A stretch of 64,000 bases of DNA from Squalus acanthias (lineage: Eukaryota), in the NCBI GenBank assembly GCA_030390025.1, contig CM059431.1:109184001-109248000 (forward strand), given 5' to 3'. The position numbers and the translations under genes are program-made. The notes below the pieces were generated by a model, which was not told where the DNA came from, ran no database searches, and saw only the letters and a list, made by a program, of their open reading frames with translations. Shown in pieces: positions 10,225 through 23,244 of this stretch (the first letter of the stretch is position 1; each line of letters starts with the position of its first letter).

Positions 10225-12488
10225 AATGTTGAAGTGACCTCTTTCAAATTAATTTACAACAGCGGATAATCCTTTTGCGTGCCGGTCATTTCTAGATTTT
10301 ATGAGGCGGAAGGGGGAGGGGGTGCCACTACTGACATTGATGTCAGGTGTGGCACAGGCCAAATACAAAGTTAAGCTTCTTCTATACTGCCCTCAAAGTG
10401 TGTCTTAAACCCAACCTCAAGGCAAGTATCTCCTACAACACCAGTAGGAACATCCTATTCCCCCACACCTGCCATTCTACAACTGGCTCCGAGTGAGATC
10501 ACCAATTGTAATTTTTCTTTGGCTGCAGCATATACATTAATACATTCACGGTACGCAATGTGTATGGTCTATGGTACATGGCACATTGTGACAGTGAATG
10601 GCTTCAAGTGGCTTGGGTAGTGACTGACCCTGGAGTCTGATTCCAAAGAGTGACAGTGATGTTAAGAGATTTCTGCCATGCTTTCCCATTGTGTCTTCAC
10701 CTGGTTGGTTTGGATTGTGCCAACAGAGCTTTTGAAGTAATCTGTGTGCGCTATGTTGCACACTGAACAACTGCTGACGATGTAGCTGGAATAGATACCA
10801 GGGGGTGATGGATAGTGCCCAAAACAAGTACAAAATCAGCCCAGTGGGCACTCTGCTCACCCATACATGAAGCCCGAGCCATTTTGATACCCGGACCTCA
10901 TTAACGTGGTTTTGGGCACTATTGAAAATCACCCCCTGGCATCCATTCCTGGTGCATAGCCAATAGTTGTCCTGCGTACTACGCAGTGCTGTAGCTTGCC
11001 AGTTCTGGGAGGTTGGTATATCGGCCAGGTCGGGTCTGGGGGTGAGGGGTGGCGGGGGGGAGGTGATCCCAGAGATGCGGGTCTGGAACGGGCGAGAGGT
11101 TTTTTTTCCCCAGACTCCCACTCCTGCTCCTTCTGGGTCCGCACGAAAAATAAAATAAAGCCTGCTGCCTGTTTCACTTACAGGGTCGCCTGGAAATTCT
11201 ATCAAGCAGACCTTGGGCGGTAATGGGGCAGCCAGCTTATCTCTCCCGATTTTCAATTGCTAACCGCCTGTTGTTCACAGGCGAAATGGCCTTTGAAAAT
11301 CTCGCCCCAGATCTCAAAGATATTTTCCTGCTACATCTTCATGACTTTCCTGGATTGGGCTCTCTCCACAGTACATTAATCCACATTCACTGGGTTTAGG
11401 TGTTTCAATCTCAGTGGACGCACCAACAAAATGTGACTGGAAAGAAGCCCAAGAGCTTCTCTATGTTGGGATGCAAGGGGCTCACATTATTGAACTGGAC
11501 TTGGTTCAAAGTAGTGTTTGGAAAGCTTCAGGACATCATACAGTCCATTTAGCCAGGAGGCTTTAACCTTTGGACGTAATTAGAAAATGTAAAGGATTGT
11601 GCTGTGTTCACTACAGACTCCCCAGCTCTCTGCTACCATTGGAGGAGGCCATTTTTGTGAATGAGCAGGTTATGGTATATCCCTAGATTAATCTTAAATT
11701 TCCCTTCCTTTAGCTCAAGATTGCGCCTGTCGCTTTGCAAATGGAATCCTAATCCTCTTTGGTTAGGGTATGCCCTATGTCTCCCTTCCAGGCTACTTTT
11801 GTCGCATTCACATCTTAGGCGCGATGTGGAATAAAAGATTCCGTTATCTCCTTGAAATTAGTTTCGGTTTGTCTTTCCTGAAGAAAGTTTCCTGGGGCGA
11901 TGAGAGGCCATTCGATTCTGCCGCAATTGGCTTCTCTTTGCTTGTGGCAAAATGGAAATAGCAAGTGACAAAGAAATGCTTCAAAAGAAAGCGCGTGGCA
12001 CCAGCACATTCACGCATTAACTTTTTTAATTTGCCACATTTTTCAGCTCAGTTCTGCATTCGGAGCCACTCTGAAGCTTAGATGATTAAAAAAAAAAATA
12101 TTGCAAGCGCACAAATGGGACAGGCGGCAACCAGTTGGTTGCTAAGTTTCTTTTTAAACAACAGCCATATTATTTCTACCACCCGTTGGTGAGAGCTCCG
12201 ATTATATACAGGGCTCCACTTATATACAGAGCAGTTTCACTAACAGGATGTAATGTTGTCAACTGCGTCTCTGAGCACAAATAAGGTTGAAGGCTAGTCA
12301 ACTGCACAAAATCTAACACGGATATATAACAAGGAGCCTTCCCCCTCCGCCCCCACCCCCCACACCGACAGCAGCACATCAGCAATGCTGCTAATTTACT
12401 AATGCTTTATTTGCTCCATTAGCCGGTGTAAAGGGTTCGGAGACACCCAAAGGGCAGAAATTGCAGGACCTCCAAGCTGGAGGCAAAC

Positions 12489-13016
12489 CAACAACAAGAA
12501 CAAAAACCTGCATTTATATATCGCCTTTAACGCAGTAAAACATCCCGAGGTGCTTCGCAGGAGCGATTATCAAACAAAAATTTGACACCGAGCCACACAA
12601 GGAGAGATTAGGACAAGTGACCGAAAGCTTGGTCAAAGGCTTTAAAGAGTGTCTTAAAGGTGGAAAGAGAGGCGGAGAGGTTTAGGGAGAGAATTCCAGA
12701 GCTTGGGGCCTAGGCAGCTGAAGGCACGGCCGCCAATGGTGGAGTGAAGAAAATCAGGGGATGCTCAAGAGGCCAGAATTAGAGGAGCGCAGAGATCTTG
12801 GGGGGTTGTAGGGCAGGAGGAGGTTACAAAGATAGGGAGGGGCGAGGGCTATAGAGGGATTTTAAAACAAGGATGAGAACTTTAAAACTGCGGCGTTGCC
12901 GGAACGGGAACCAATGTAGGTCAGCGAGCACAGGGGTGATAGGTAAACGGGACTTGGTGCGAGTTAGGAGACGGGCGGCAGAGTTTTTGATGAGCTCAAG
13001 CTTACGGAGGGTGCAA
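12489..13016 (-). mobile_element. L2-type LINE 3' region
   Basis: Same tail and body as 7140-7548 and 36729-37130, extending further into the degraded RT C-terminus. Confidence 0.8.
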
Positions 13017-14462
13017 GGAGCATTGCACGTTCTGCCTTAAAATGTATTCCAGAGTAGAATTTCTCCCTCCTCTTGATGTCTGGTTTAAAGCTGGCTGCAC
13101 ATTCATCTGATTCAGATCAGGCTGATAGCTGCAGTGTGACTACAATCCGTGGTCATTTTCTGCCCCAAGGAAAAGCACAGCCCATCTGAACACTAGTACT
13201 GTTGCATTCCCTTCAGATCGACATGATCTAAGCAGCTTGTGATCCCTCAGTACAAACAGGCCCCAAGATCATACAAAAGACTGGAGTATATATAACTTTT
13301 TTTTACAGTTGATAATAAATTGTTCTTATTAATAATACTATATCTTGCCCCAGAAAATCTTTCCAAATTGATTTTTACACTTTGAAGCGCTGTACTCAAA
13401 AGGAGGGTTGGTTTTATTTCAGAACTGGGAATACATGCCAACCGTCACCATTTCACACTGACAGTCAGCGTTTGCAGAGTTGTGTCAGAATTTCCTGACC
13501 ACGCCGGGCCATCTTCTGAGGTCACCGCCGAATGCCCTGCACTCCAGGGATTAAGAGAGAACCATCTGATGCTACGCACAAACAAGTGTGGAAGCGGCAG
13601 AAAAACTCTCGAGTTCATCACTATGTCTCCTCATGAAAAAGACGGATCAGCTGTTTCAAGCAAGACAGTGGGCACAAAGTGGTCAGTGAGCTGAAGAACT
13701 TCAGTGAACTGCGAGTCTGTTGGACCTTTCCAGCGTCCAGTGTCATTTCTGACTTTGCCTCCATAGCAAAGTCCCTTATAGAATGAATCCGAAAGAAACG
13801 GTAATGGAAATGGACTCACGGCCAACAAGAAGCTTGCTCGAAAGAGAACAACACGATTGGAGCTTACTTTTATGCTCAGGCGGTCTTGGGACTCCCATGG
13901 ACCTTGAAGTTGTTTTTAATGCAAAATGACGCACAGGATCAAATCTAGATGATGGCCTACAGCAAGCAACTGTACCCACAAGGAGCGACTGGCTTCAACA
14001 CTGCAATTCCAAAGCAGTTGCAGAGCTAGGCAGTTGCATATCCAAAAAAGGCACCAACTGGTAGGTAAAACCAAAGAACTGCAGAGGGCTCGCTGGTATT
14101 GATAACCATGTACAAAACTGCATTAAGAATCATCTACCCTGCAGATTCACTTAAATGTCAAATAACACTGAAAAAGCAAGATTAAGAAAATACTCTATAC
14201 TGTTATTCACACCCAATTTAACTTTTTTTAAAAACACCAGATAAACAGAAAGCACTAATAAAATTCAAATTTAGTGCAAACAAAAAACTGTAAAATTAAC
14301 CAACAAACATCAGAAGCTCGAACAATAGCACAGGGTAATGTGAATTGAAAAGATGTCCCCAAACCATGTTTCACCATCCAATCTCCAAGATGGCACCAGA
14401 TAATGCTGAATACATTTTAACGCTTATTCTGTATGATACAGAAACTCACAGCCAGAAATACA

Positions 14463-15238
14463 GGCCCCGACATTTACAGGGTGGGGTGGGGGTGGCGGGG
14501 GGTGCAGTTGTAGCGCCCAGGAAACCCGGAAATGCAGGTAATCCGGAGATCCTGCCGAATTTAACGGCAGGACCTCATTTAAAATTTTTCTCCATTTCCT
14601 GGCCGGCAGCTCACCAGATTGAGAGGCTGTCGGGCGGGAAGGACTGCGGAGCAAGGCCACAGAGAGGGCGGAGGGAGAGACTGGAAAGGCCTGGGGGGAG
14701 ATTGGAAAACGTTGGAGGGAGATCGGAGATCAGAGGCTTTGGGGAGAGCGGAGGTCGGGGGGTCGGAGGTCATGGGGAGATCAGAGGTCGGGGGGAGATC
14801 GGAGATCTTGGAGAGATCAGAGGTTGAGGGAGTCTGACGATCGTGGGGATGGAAGCAGGTTAGTTTGGGGGGGCGGTGGAGGGGGAGGGGGGGAAGCGCT
14901 CCTGCTCCTCCTGGCCCACAAGCAGTGCTGGAAAGGCACTTACCTGATAGATCCGGCTGGTATCGCCTCCCTTCAGCTGCCGGGTTTCCTGAGGCCTGGG
15001 AAACCCGGCCCGCAGGCATTAAAAATGAAACTCTGCAAAAATGTGAATGCAAGCAGCCTCATTAAAATATTTAAATGATGGACCCCCCTCTGGAGAGCAG
15101 GTTATTCGCTCACCTCCAACCCGTTAAAACCGGGAGTGAGCCTGTTGGAGGCGGGTTGGTGTCAGGTTTCCTATTTTTGAAATTTTAACCCCCCCCCCAG
15201 GCCCTCTCCCGCCCATCCTGGGGGTTAAAATTACCCCC
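14463..15238. mobile_element. GC-rich MITE-like element, family A
   Basis: Ends GGCCCCGACATTTAC and GGGGTTAAAATTACCCCC; shares internal blocks (CTCCTGCTCCTCCTGGCCCACAAGCAGTGCT) with 7631-8231 and 35570-36373. Confidence 0.7.
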
Positions 15239-15344
15239 AAAAAGTACATATCGGGAATTTGAAATACAAACCCGTGGTTCTCCCCTCCTTTTTTTCATCA
15301 GCCCTATCTATAGAAGGCAGATTTGTAAATGTTTGTATCTTAAC

Positions 15345-15598
15345 ACGTGAGAGGAGGAGACATGCGCTTTACGAAGCAAGTTGTGCTGATCTGGAACGCA
15401 CTGCACTGAAAAGGTGGTGGAAGCAGATTCAATAGTAACTTTCAAAAGGGAATTGGATAAATACAGGACTTGAAAAGGAAAAAAGTTGCAGGGCTGTTGG
15501 AAAGAGCGGGGGAGTGGGACTAATTGGATGGCTCTCTGCGTGAGCCAGTACAGGCACGGTGGGCCAAAAGGCCTCCTTCTGAGCTGTAAGATTCTATG
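15345..15598 (+). mobile_element. CR1 LINE 3' fragment
   Basis: VVEADSIVTFKRELDKY-like remnant and CR1 3' hairpin; matches the reverse complement of 58905-59190. Confidence 0.8.
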
Positions 15599-16018
15599 AG
15601 GTAGCTTTTACACATGAGTGCTGCTGGCACAGAGCTTCACCTGACAGGAGCACATAGTTTAGTGTGCCCCAGAAGATTTTCCATTCTTTAAAATTATTGG
15701 ACAGAAAATCATGTCTATGAACAAATTCCTGATGTGTGCTACTGTTGTGAGAAAAATCTGTGGAGGGAGTGCTAATTTGTAAGATCGGCCCCATAGTTCT
15801 AAGATTTCTGAGGATAACCCCACCCAAAATGTTAACGTCATCATTCCCGTTCAGATGCTGACTGGATTGCTAAACATTCCCTGTATTTTCTGTATTTATT
15901 TTATGCAAACATAGATATTATGATTGCAAAATACTGCGGATGCTGGAAATCCGAAATAACAACAGAAAACGCTGGCAAAACTCAGCAAGCCAGGCAGCAT
16001 CCATGGAGAGAGAAACAG

Positions 16019-16055
16019 AGTTAACGTTTCAGGTCGAAGACCTTTCATCAGAACT
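16019..16055 (-). ncRNA. Minimal type I hammerhead ribozyme motif (family 1)
   Basis: AGTT-CTGATGA-A-AGGTC-TTC-GACCT-GAAA-CG-TT-AACT. Confidence 0.75.
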
Positions 16056-16663
16056 GGAAAAAAGCAGGAAATGGAATAGATTTTAAAGCAGGTTTAGGGG
16101 CGGGGAAATGGGGGAGGGGATGAAAGAACAAAAGGGAAGGTCAGTGATAGGATAGAAAGCAGGAGAGATTGAGAGACATTGAGAGACATTAAGAGATATT
16201 CAAGACAAGAGGAGGTGGTAATGTGACAGGTTGAGGAACAAAGGATGGCTCTAGATGAAGTGTGAATTGCGCTGGCAGAATGAAGGACAGCTGCCATGTG
16301 GGAGGGAAGACAAAAAGGCCAAACAAAAAGTGTGGATAAAAGAAAAATATATATATATCAGTGATAGGGGCCGAGGTTATGATCTGAAATTGTTGAACTC
16401 TATGTTGAGTCCAGAGGGCTGTAGAGTGCCTAATCGAAAGATGAGGTGCTGTTCCTCGAGCTTACGCTGAGCTTCCGTGGAACAATGCAAGAGGCCGAGG
16501 ATGGTGAGGTCAGAGTGGGAGTGAAGTGACAGGCCACCAGGGAGCTCGGGGTCCCCCTTACGGACTGAACGGAGGTGTTCCGCAAAGCGGTCACCCAATC
16601 TGCGATTGGTCTCCCCAATGTAGAGGAGACCACATCGTGAGCAGCGAATACAGTATACTAAAT

Positions 16664-19110
16664 CCACGCTCAACGCCATGCGGCGCCACATGAACACTCT
16701 CATCCTCTCTCTTCAGCAGCACTGACGCACTCTATCTCAAAGCTGTCCAGGTCCACAGTTCCATTTCATCCTTCGACACATCTGACGCTTCAACAAAAAA
16801 CTTTTTTTCTTCCTTTCTGATGTCAAGGATCGCAAGCTTCATCAACACTTGAACACCAACGCCCCTCCGGAACCTTCTTCCCCTTCACTTTCCTCTGACC
16901 CCACTTCTCCCAAACTCACCCCCTGCCACGTTTTCACTATCCCTTCGGACCTTCCCCTCTCTGACCCCGAACGATCAGTCCTCAGCAAAGGCCTGAGCTT
17001 CATCCCCTTACGCCCCCACCTCAATGAATTTCGAGCTCGGCACGATGCTGAGCTATTTTTCCACTGCCTTCGCCTCCGTGCCCACTTCTTTGGCCAGGAG
17101 TCTTCCCCCCGCACGGCTGACCCTTTCTCCCGCTTTCAGAATTCTCATTCTACCTGGACCCCTCCCTCTGGCCTCTTAACCTCTCTAGATCTTTTCATTG
17201 CAAACTGCCGGCGTGACATAGGCTGTCTCCATTTATCTGCTCCCCTCACTCACTCCAACCTACCTCCCTCTGAACTTGCAGCACTCCATTCTCTCAGATC
17301 CAACCCCGACATTGTCATTAAACCTGCTGACAAGGGTGGTGCTGTTGTTGTTTGGCGAACTGACCTCTACCTAGCGGAAGCTGAACGCCAACTCTCCGAC
17401 ACCTCCTCCTACCTGTGCCTGGACCATGACCCCACTATCGAACATCAAGCCACCGTTTCCAAGACTGTCACTGACCTCATCTCCTCTGGCGATCTTCCCC
17501 CATGGCCGCCAACCTCATAGTTCCCCAACCCCGCACAGCCCGCTTCTACCTCCTTCCCAAGATCCACAAACAGGACTGCCCTGGTAGACCCATTGTTTCA
17601 GCCTGTTCTTGCCCCACGGAACTTATCTCTTCCTATCTCGACTCTATTTTTTCTCCCCTTGTCCAGTCTCTTCCCACCTACATCTGCGACTCTTCCGACG
17701 CCCTCCGCCACTTTAACAGTTTCCAGTTTCCCGGCCCCAACCGCCTCCTTTTCACTATGGACGTACAATCCCTCTACACCTCCATCCCCCACCAGGATGG
17801 CCTGAGGGCGCTCCGCTTCTTCCTTGAACAGAGGCCCAACCAGTCCCCATCCACCACCACCGTCCTCCGCCTGGCTGAACTTGTTCTCACATTGAACAAC
17901 TTCTCCTTTGACTCCACTCATTTCCTCCAAATCAAAGGTGTTGCTATGGGTACCCTCATGGGTCCTAGCTATGCCTGCCTTTTCGTGGGATATGTGGAAC
18001 ACTCTTTGTTCCAGTCCTACTCGGGTCCCCTGCCTCACCTCTTTTTCTGGTACATTGATGACTGTATTGGTGCCGTCTCTTGCTCTCGCCCTGAACTAGA
18101 AAATTTCATTCACTTTGCTTCCAATTTCCACCCTTCCCTCACCTTCACATGGTCCATCTCCAACTCTTCCCTTCCCTTCCTCAACTTCTCCGTCTCCCTC
18201 TCTGGGGATAGGTTATTGACTAAAGCCCACTGACTCCCACAGCTACCTGGACTACACTTCCTCCCACCCCGCCTCCTGTAAGGACTCTATTCCATTCTCC
18301 CGGTTTCTCCATCTCCGCCGCATCTGCTCTGACGATATCACCTTCCATACTAGTGCTTCCAACATGTCTTCCTTTTTCCTCAACCGAGGATTCCCCTCTA
18401 CAGTGGTTGACACGGCCCTCGACCGTGTCCGTTCTATCTCCCGCACTTCTGCCCTCACCCCTGCCCCTCCCTCCCGGAACCACGATAGGGTTCCCCTTGT
18501 CCTCACCTTTCACCCCACCAGCCTCCACATTCAACGGATCATCCTCCGCCATTTCCGCCACCTCCAGCGTGATCCCACCACCAAACGCATCTTCCCCTCA
18601 CCTCCCCTTTCAGCATTCCGTAGGGACCGCTCCCTCCGCAACACCCTAGTCCACTCCTCTACTTCCCCCAGCACCCCTTCCCCTTCGCCTGGCACCTTCC
18701 CGTGCAAGCGCAGGAGATGTAACACATGCCCTTATACCTCCCCCCTTCCCACTGTCCAGGGCCCCAAACACCCCCTTCCAGGTGAAACAGCGATTTACTT
18801 GTACTTCTTGCAATTTAGTATACTGTATTCGCTGCTCACGATGTGGTCTCCTCTACATTGGAGAGACCAAACGCAGATTGGGTGACCGCTTTGCGTATCA
18901 CCTCCGTTCAGTCCGTAAGGGGGACCCCGAGCTCCCGGTGGCCTGTCACTTTAATTCACCGCTCATACCCACTCTGACCTCACCGTCCTCGGCCTCTTGC
19001 ATTGTTCCACAGAAGCTCAGCGTAAGCTCGAGGGACAGCACCTCATCTTTCGATTAGGCACTCTACAGCCCTCTGGACTCAACATAGAGTTCAACAATTT
19101 CAGATCATAA
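16664..19110 (+). pseudogene. Penelope-like RT / Cys-linker / GIY-YIG endonuclease ORF, frameshifted
   Basis: Motifs IKPADKGGAVV, LLPKIHK..PGRPIVS, TMDVQSLYT, QIKGVAMG, YIDD, linker CKRRRCNTC and VYCIRCSRCGLLYIGETKRRLGDRF; split over several frames and ending at TAA 19108-19110. Confidence 0.93.
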
Positions 19111-19427
19111 CCTCGGCCCCTATCACTGATATATATATATTTTTTTATCCTCACTTTTTGTTTGGCCTTTTTTTCTTCCCTCCCACATGGCAGCTGTCCT
19201 TCATTCTGCCAGCGCAATTCACACTTCATCTAGAGCCATCCTTTGTTCCTTAACCTGTCACATTACCACCTCCTCTTGTCTTGAATATCTCTTAATGTCT
19301 CTCAATGTCTCTCAATCGCTCCTGCTTTCTATCCCATCACAGACCTTCCCTTTTGTTCTTTCATCCCCTCCCCCATTTCCCAGCCCCTAAACCTGCTTTA
19401 AATCTATTCCATTTCCTGCTTTTTTCC

Positions 19428-19464
19428 AGTTCTGACGAAAGGTCTTCGACCTGAAACGTTAACT
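19428..19464 (+). ncRNA. Minimal type I hammerhead ribozyme motif (family 1)
   Basis: AGTT-CTGACGA-A-AGGTC-TTC-GACCT-GAAA-CG-TT-AACT in the Penelope terminal repeat. Confidence 0.78.
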
Positions 19465-22400
19465 CTGTTTCTCTCTCCACGGATGCTGCCTGGCCTGCTG
19501 AGTTTTTCCAGCGTTTTCTGTTGTTATTTTAGATATTATGATTACTGCTTTCAACTTCAATGACTGCATTCAACCCAAGCATGCTGAAACAATGAGTGAA
19601 ATACATGACAACCTTGGTAGCACACAAGTGGTTGTCTTTTTTTCTTTCATTTCTTCAATGTCAACTGTTACAGTATAACGGAGACCTTGAGATCAAAGTC
19701 TTTATGTGTGCTTTCCCATTGTATACAAAAGCAAATACCCTCGCTACGGGTGATGTTTGTGTGCTGTTCAGCACCGGTCCCAAACATTTCTAAAGGGAAG
19801 GGTTTGTGAAAGGCTGTTCTCAGGGCTTGAGAATTGAACAGACTGTATAAGAATGTTCCAGCAATTCAGCAACAAATATCAATGGCGTTTCTCAACAACA
19901 GGTAATATCAAAGCTACTCAAGGTAAGCAGAATTAATGGTTTGCTGGAATCAAGTGCGTGATTCTTGTGTGCTGTGATGGCATCAGCTACTCAATGAATT
20001 TGTCCCCTTGGTATATTGGAGCTTTTAAAAGGGCACTTGGTATCGCACGCAGAGTTTAAACATTTCCTCCCCTCTCGCTCAGACTTGTTACATCTGTCGC
20101 TCAGATTCTCGCTGACCTTTCTTCTTGCAGAAAGCCCAACGATCACGGGACCCTGGCTGAGTATTCCTTTTCAAGCGTGTGTCTTTACTAATGCCTTTCA
20201 TCGTCTTCTTGTGACACGAGCGGGGGGGGAAAAATCATTCCCAAAGGATTTTGCAAGGAAAAATATTGGTATCTAAAAAGAACGTTAAGCTGGGACATTT
20301 ACAGGCATTTTTTTTCCCTCAGATCTGAATTCGAAAATTAAACCAATTATTTAATCTTCTACACACTGACGAACATTTCTAGCTGTCAGAAATGCATCTT
20401 CTTTTCTTTCGTGTAACACCTGCAAATCCAATATTTGGCAAATTTGCAAGGCAGAATATTACAACGCAGAATTATTGCAGAAATTATAAACATTTTACAA
20501 TTCATAATTTACACTCATCCTCCTCGCTACAGCCTCATTGGGCTGAAATCAAGATTCAATACACTGTATTCTAGTGAATTCATTCCGCCACAGGGCCTCA
20601 AAACTGTGGAACTCCTTATTCTCCCTTAGTTTTCCCAGCTCTTACTATAAAACTCAAAATCCATTTAGTAATTGTTTTTAGCGGTTTTTCAGAAGTGCAG
20701 TCAGTGACAAGGCTGACTCTTAAAAACTAAAATCAATTGAAACCCTTTGACAATATTGCACAAAGTGCAGGCAGCAAAGTCCTAACCAAAGCATTCAAAG
20801 TGTAGGCAGCAAATTCTGTTCTTTCAAATTGAGCACACTTTGTCCACTTTACAGACTAAAACTAAAGTGCCTGACGCATTCATTGTTAGATTAGTTTCAT
20901 TTTGTGCTGGGCTCGAAGATCCTGTGCCACCCTACCAGTGATGTAGACAGCGGTCCATTCTCCACAGCAAGGGAACCATGAACACAACACTGACACTCAG
21001 CAATGGCAACGGCCTCATTGGTGGCATCCATTTTCTTGCTTGTAAGCAAGAAATAAAAATGGCACAGCTTTCCAGAATTAGCAGCCTTGCTCCGGCCGTT
21101 CACCACCTGGCTTTTGGTCCTTCAAAGAAATTACAACAGCAAACTGGCACTATTCACAACAAAATAGGTCATTATTTGCACGACGTTCAAAGACAAAGGA
21201 GGGAATTTTTCGTGGGCTCAGGGGGCGCGTTCGGGGGCGGGTCAGGTGGGAAAACTGCTGTCATCCAGCCGCCACGCTACTTTCCCAGATGTCAGGTCTG
21301 TCAGGGCTGAACAGACCCGACACCAAGCAGCGGGGGAGGCAATTTACGTCATTATGACCTTGTTAATAGCCCATTAAACAGTATTTTCAGCTCACCTTAC
21401 CATTTTACAAGGTCGCCCACGGGGTCCACGCTGCTCGGGAATCACGTCAGGTAAGGAGGTCGGGAGTTGCATGACCATGGAATTATCTCATTACTTGACA
21501 GCTGCAAATGTGCTATTAAAGCTCCCGTCTCACAGCTGTTCACTTTCCAAGCTCAGAAGCTGTTGCTTACTGCATTTGGAAGACAGATTGAGCTTTATGC
21601 AGGTTGCAAGTGTTTGGAGTAAACTCTCTATCCAGTGTCACCTCATTGGAACAACCTCTCTCACCACTGACAGATTGCTTCTGTCATCTAATGTTCACCT
21701 GCCATCTATTACATCAGCATCGGTGCCCTTGAAACTATCTCACCTTGGTCCTCAGAATCCCACCACGATCAGCCACAACACCAGCAGCACCAGGCACACC
21801 AGCAGCACTAACAACAACACCAACCTTCTCCGGAATCACCTGATGCTGCACAGGACACAGGGCATCAGCACTCCGACCACATTGCTGCCCGGGATGCCAG
21901 GGTTGGCCTCACCATGTCCAGATTTACTTCACTTGACGCTGTAGACCCTAGCTGCCACATGATGCATCAGGTTGGCACCACCCCACACCAATACCATAAA
22001 GCATCCCTAAAATGCCCAAGCCATTCCTTTCACACTCGTCAGCATTGCGGGGGGTACCTTTATGTCTCACCATTCACTGCAACTCACTAAGCCACTTCCA
22101 AAGGTGCACACAAATCTGTCCAAGAACGCAAAGTGTTGAAAATAAAGGTTTCAATGTTTGACACTACATTAACAGAAACTTTACATGAACATTGCATAAA
22201 ACACCCAAGTGGCTACCCTTGTGTGTTGTTAGTTGGTGTGATTGGACTAGGATGAGGGTGAGTGTGAGGGGTGGCTAGTGAGATGGGGAAGTGATAATGT
22301 AGATAGAGAGGGATGGGTGGAGGTGCAAGATAAGTTGTTGTGAGTAAGGATGTGCAGGAGTAGGGTAGGGAAGGCAGAGTGATGGGGATGTGATGAGTGG

Positions 22401-22576
22401 CACAGTAGGATGAGGTTGAGTGTGGCTTTGCAGTAACATTTCGTGATCTACTGAGATCATTAAAAGGTTTGCACCACTGCAGCCTGGTCCTCCTGATGAC
22501 ATCCCTGCTTGTGTCCTCCTGTGTAATGTGCAACCAGGCTGCGTTGGTCTCCTGGGGAGGTCTCTTCCGTCCATGG

Positions 22577-22672
22577 CTAACTTACCTGAGGAAGGAGCGA
22601 CAGCTCCGAAAGCTTGTAAAATTAAATAAATCTGTTGGACTATAACCTGGTGTTGTGCGACTTCTCATTTTT
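22577..22672 (+). mobile_element. Family-2 Penelope terminal fragment
   Basis: Matches 1763-1857; flanked by GTCCATGG at 22569-22576 and 22673-22680 (partly microhomology with the element end). Confidence 0.8.
22582..22619 (+). ncRNA. Minimal type I hammerhead ribozyme motif (family 2)
   Basis: TTAC-CTGAGGA-A-GGAGC-GACA-GCTCC-GAAA-GC-TT-GTAA; perfect stems, with stem I covarying relative to the TCAC/GTGA copies. Confidence 0.78.
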
Positions 22673-23244
22673 GTCCATGGGAAGGGAAGAGAACCTCCCT
22701 GCGTGCTGTGACTCCCTCCATAAGCATATGGAGGGAGTCATGGGAGAGCCTGGGTGCAGCCGTGCACCTCTGTGCAGTGCTTGTCAGTGTTTGCAGCACC
22801 TCTGTGCTGTAGAACACTGACAGCACAACTGTCAAAATCAATTTGCGCATGGTCCCTTTAAGGAAACCGGCTGATGACGCCTCATCAAATGACGTCATCA
22901 GACCTGCTTCCTTCAAGTGGCCCAATCAGGGGAAAATCATTTTGGACAGTGGGCTAGAGCCAGCAGCGGTGTCAGGACCCGCCACCGACGTTGCCCGCCC
23001 CGGACCCGCTGAGGTTGGGGAAATCACGGCCAAAGCAACAGAACTATGAGTTATTTTTATTCAAACGTCCAAGTGATCTCAAACCAAAACTGCTAAAAGT
23101 CTTCCTACTCCTTGGTGAGGTGTCTCAAGCAAGGTTGAGGAATTCTACACAAGTAGCAAACTGAATGTTTTATAACTAATTATTGCTAATTCAGGTGAAC
23201 GTGTACACATAACATTTGGATTGTCCTTGAAAAGAGTTTAATTT

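Larger units (their letters stand above)
15926..19529 (+). mobile_element. Penelope-like retroelement (Neptune-like), 5'-truncated, with an inverted terminal copy
   Basis: RT and GIY-YIG coding remnants; 15954-16663 is the inverted copy of 18813-19529, with an extra ~28-nt tail at 15926; 14-bp TSD TAGATATTATGATT at 15912-15925 and 19530-19543. Confidence 0.95.
22430..22790 (-). pseudogene. Harbinger-associated Myb/SANT-like DNA-binding gene remnant
   Basis: AAPRLSHDSLHMLMEGVTARREVLFP ... RRTRLQWCKPFNDLSRS resembles the APRFS..RR.VLFP and RT..QC.KRFNDL pattern; interrupted by a Penelope fragment. Confidence 0.65.
21198..23031. mobile_element. Degenerate Harbinger-type DNA transposon derivative
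   Basis: GG...CC termini flanked by AAA on both sides, GC-rich subterminal regions and an internal Myb/SANT-like remnant; 21300-21830 is homologous to 63490-64000. Confidence 0.65.

Noticed and set aside
10546..11256. 236-aa minus-strand ORF
   Set aside because: Non-ATG start, crosses MITE-like GC-rich fragments, and has no recognisable domain.
16377..16703. Stand-alone GIY-YIG nuclease gene
   Set aside because: It is the inverted duplicate of the Penelope 3' end, frameshifted, with a start borrowed from across the junction.
21770..21830. dach1 poly-Ala exon
   Set aside because: The CAGCAGCAC repeats lie inside the Harbinger-type element, recur at 63940-63980, and do not encode the expected DACH1 peptide.
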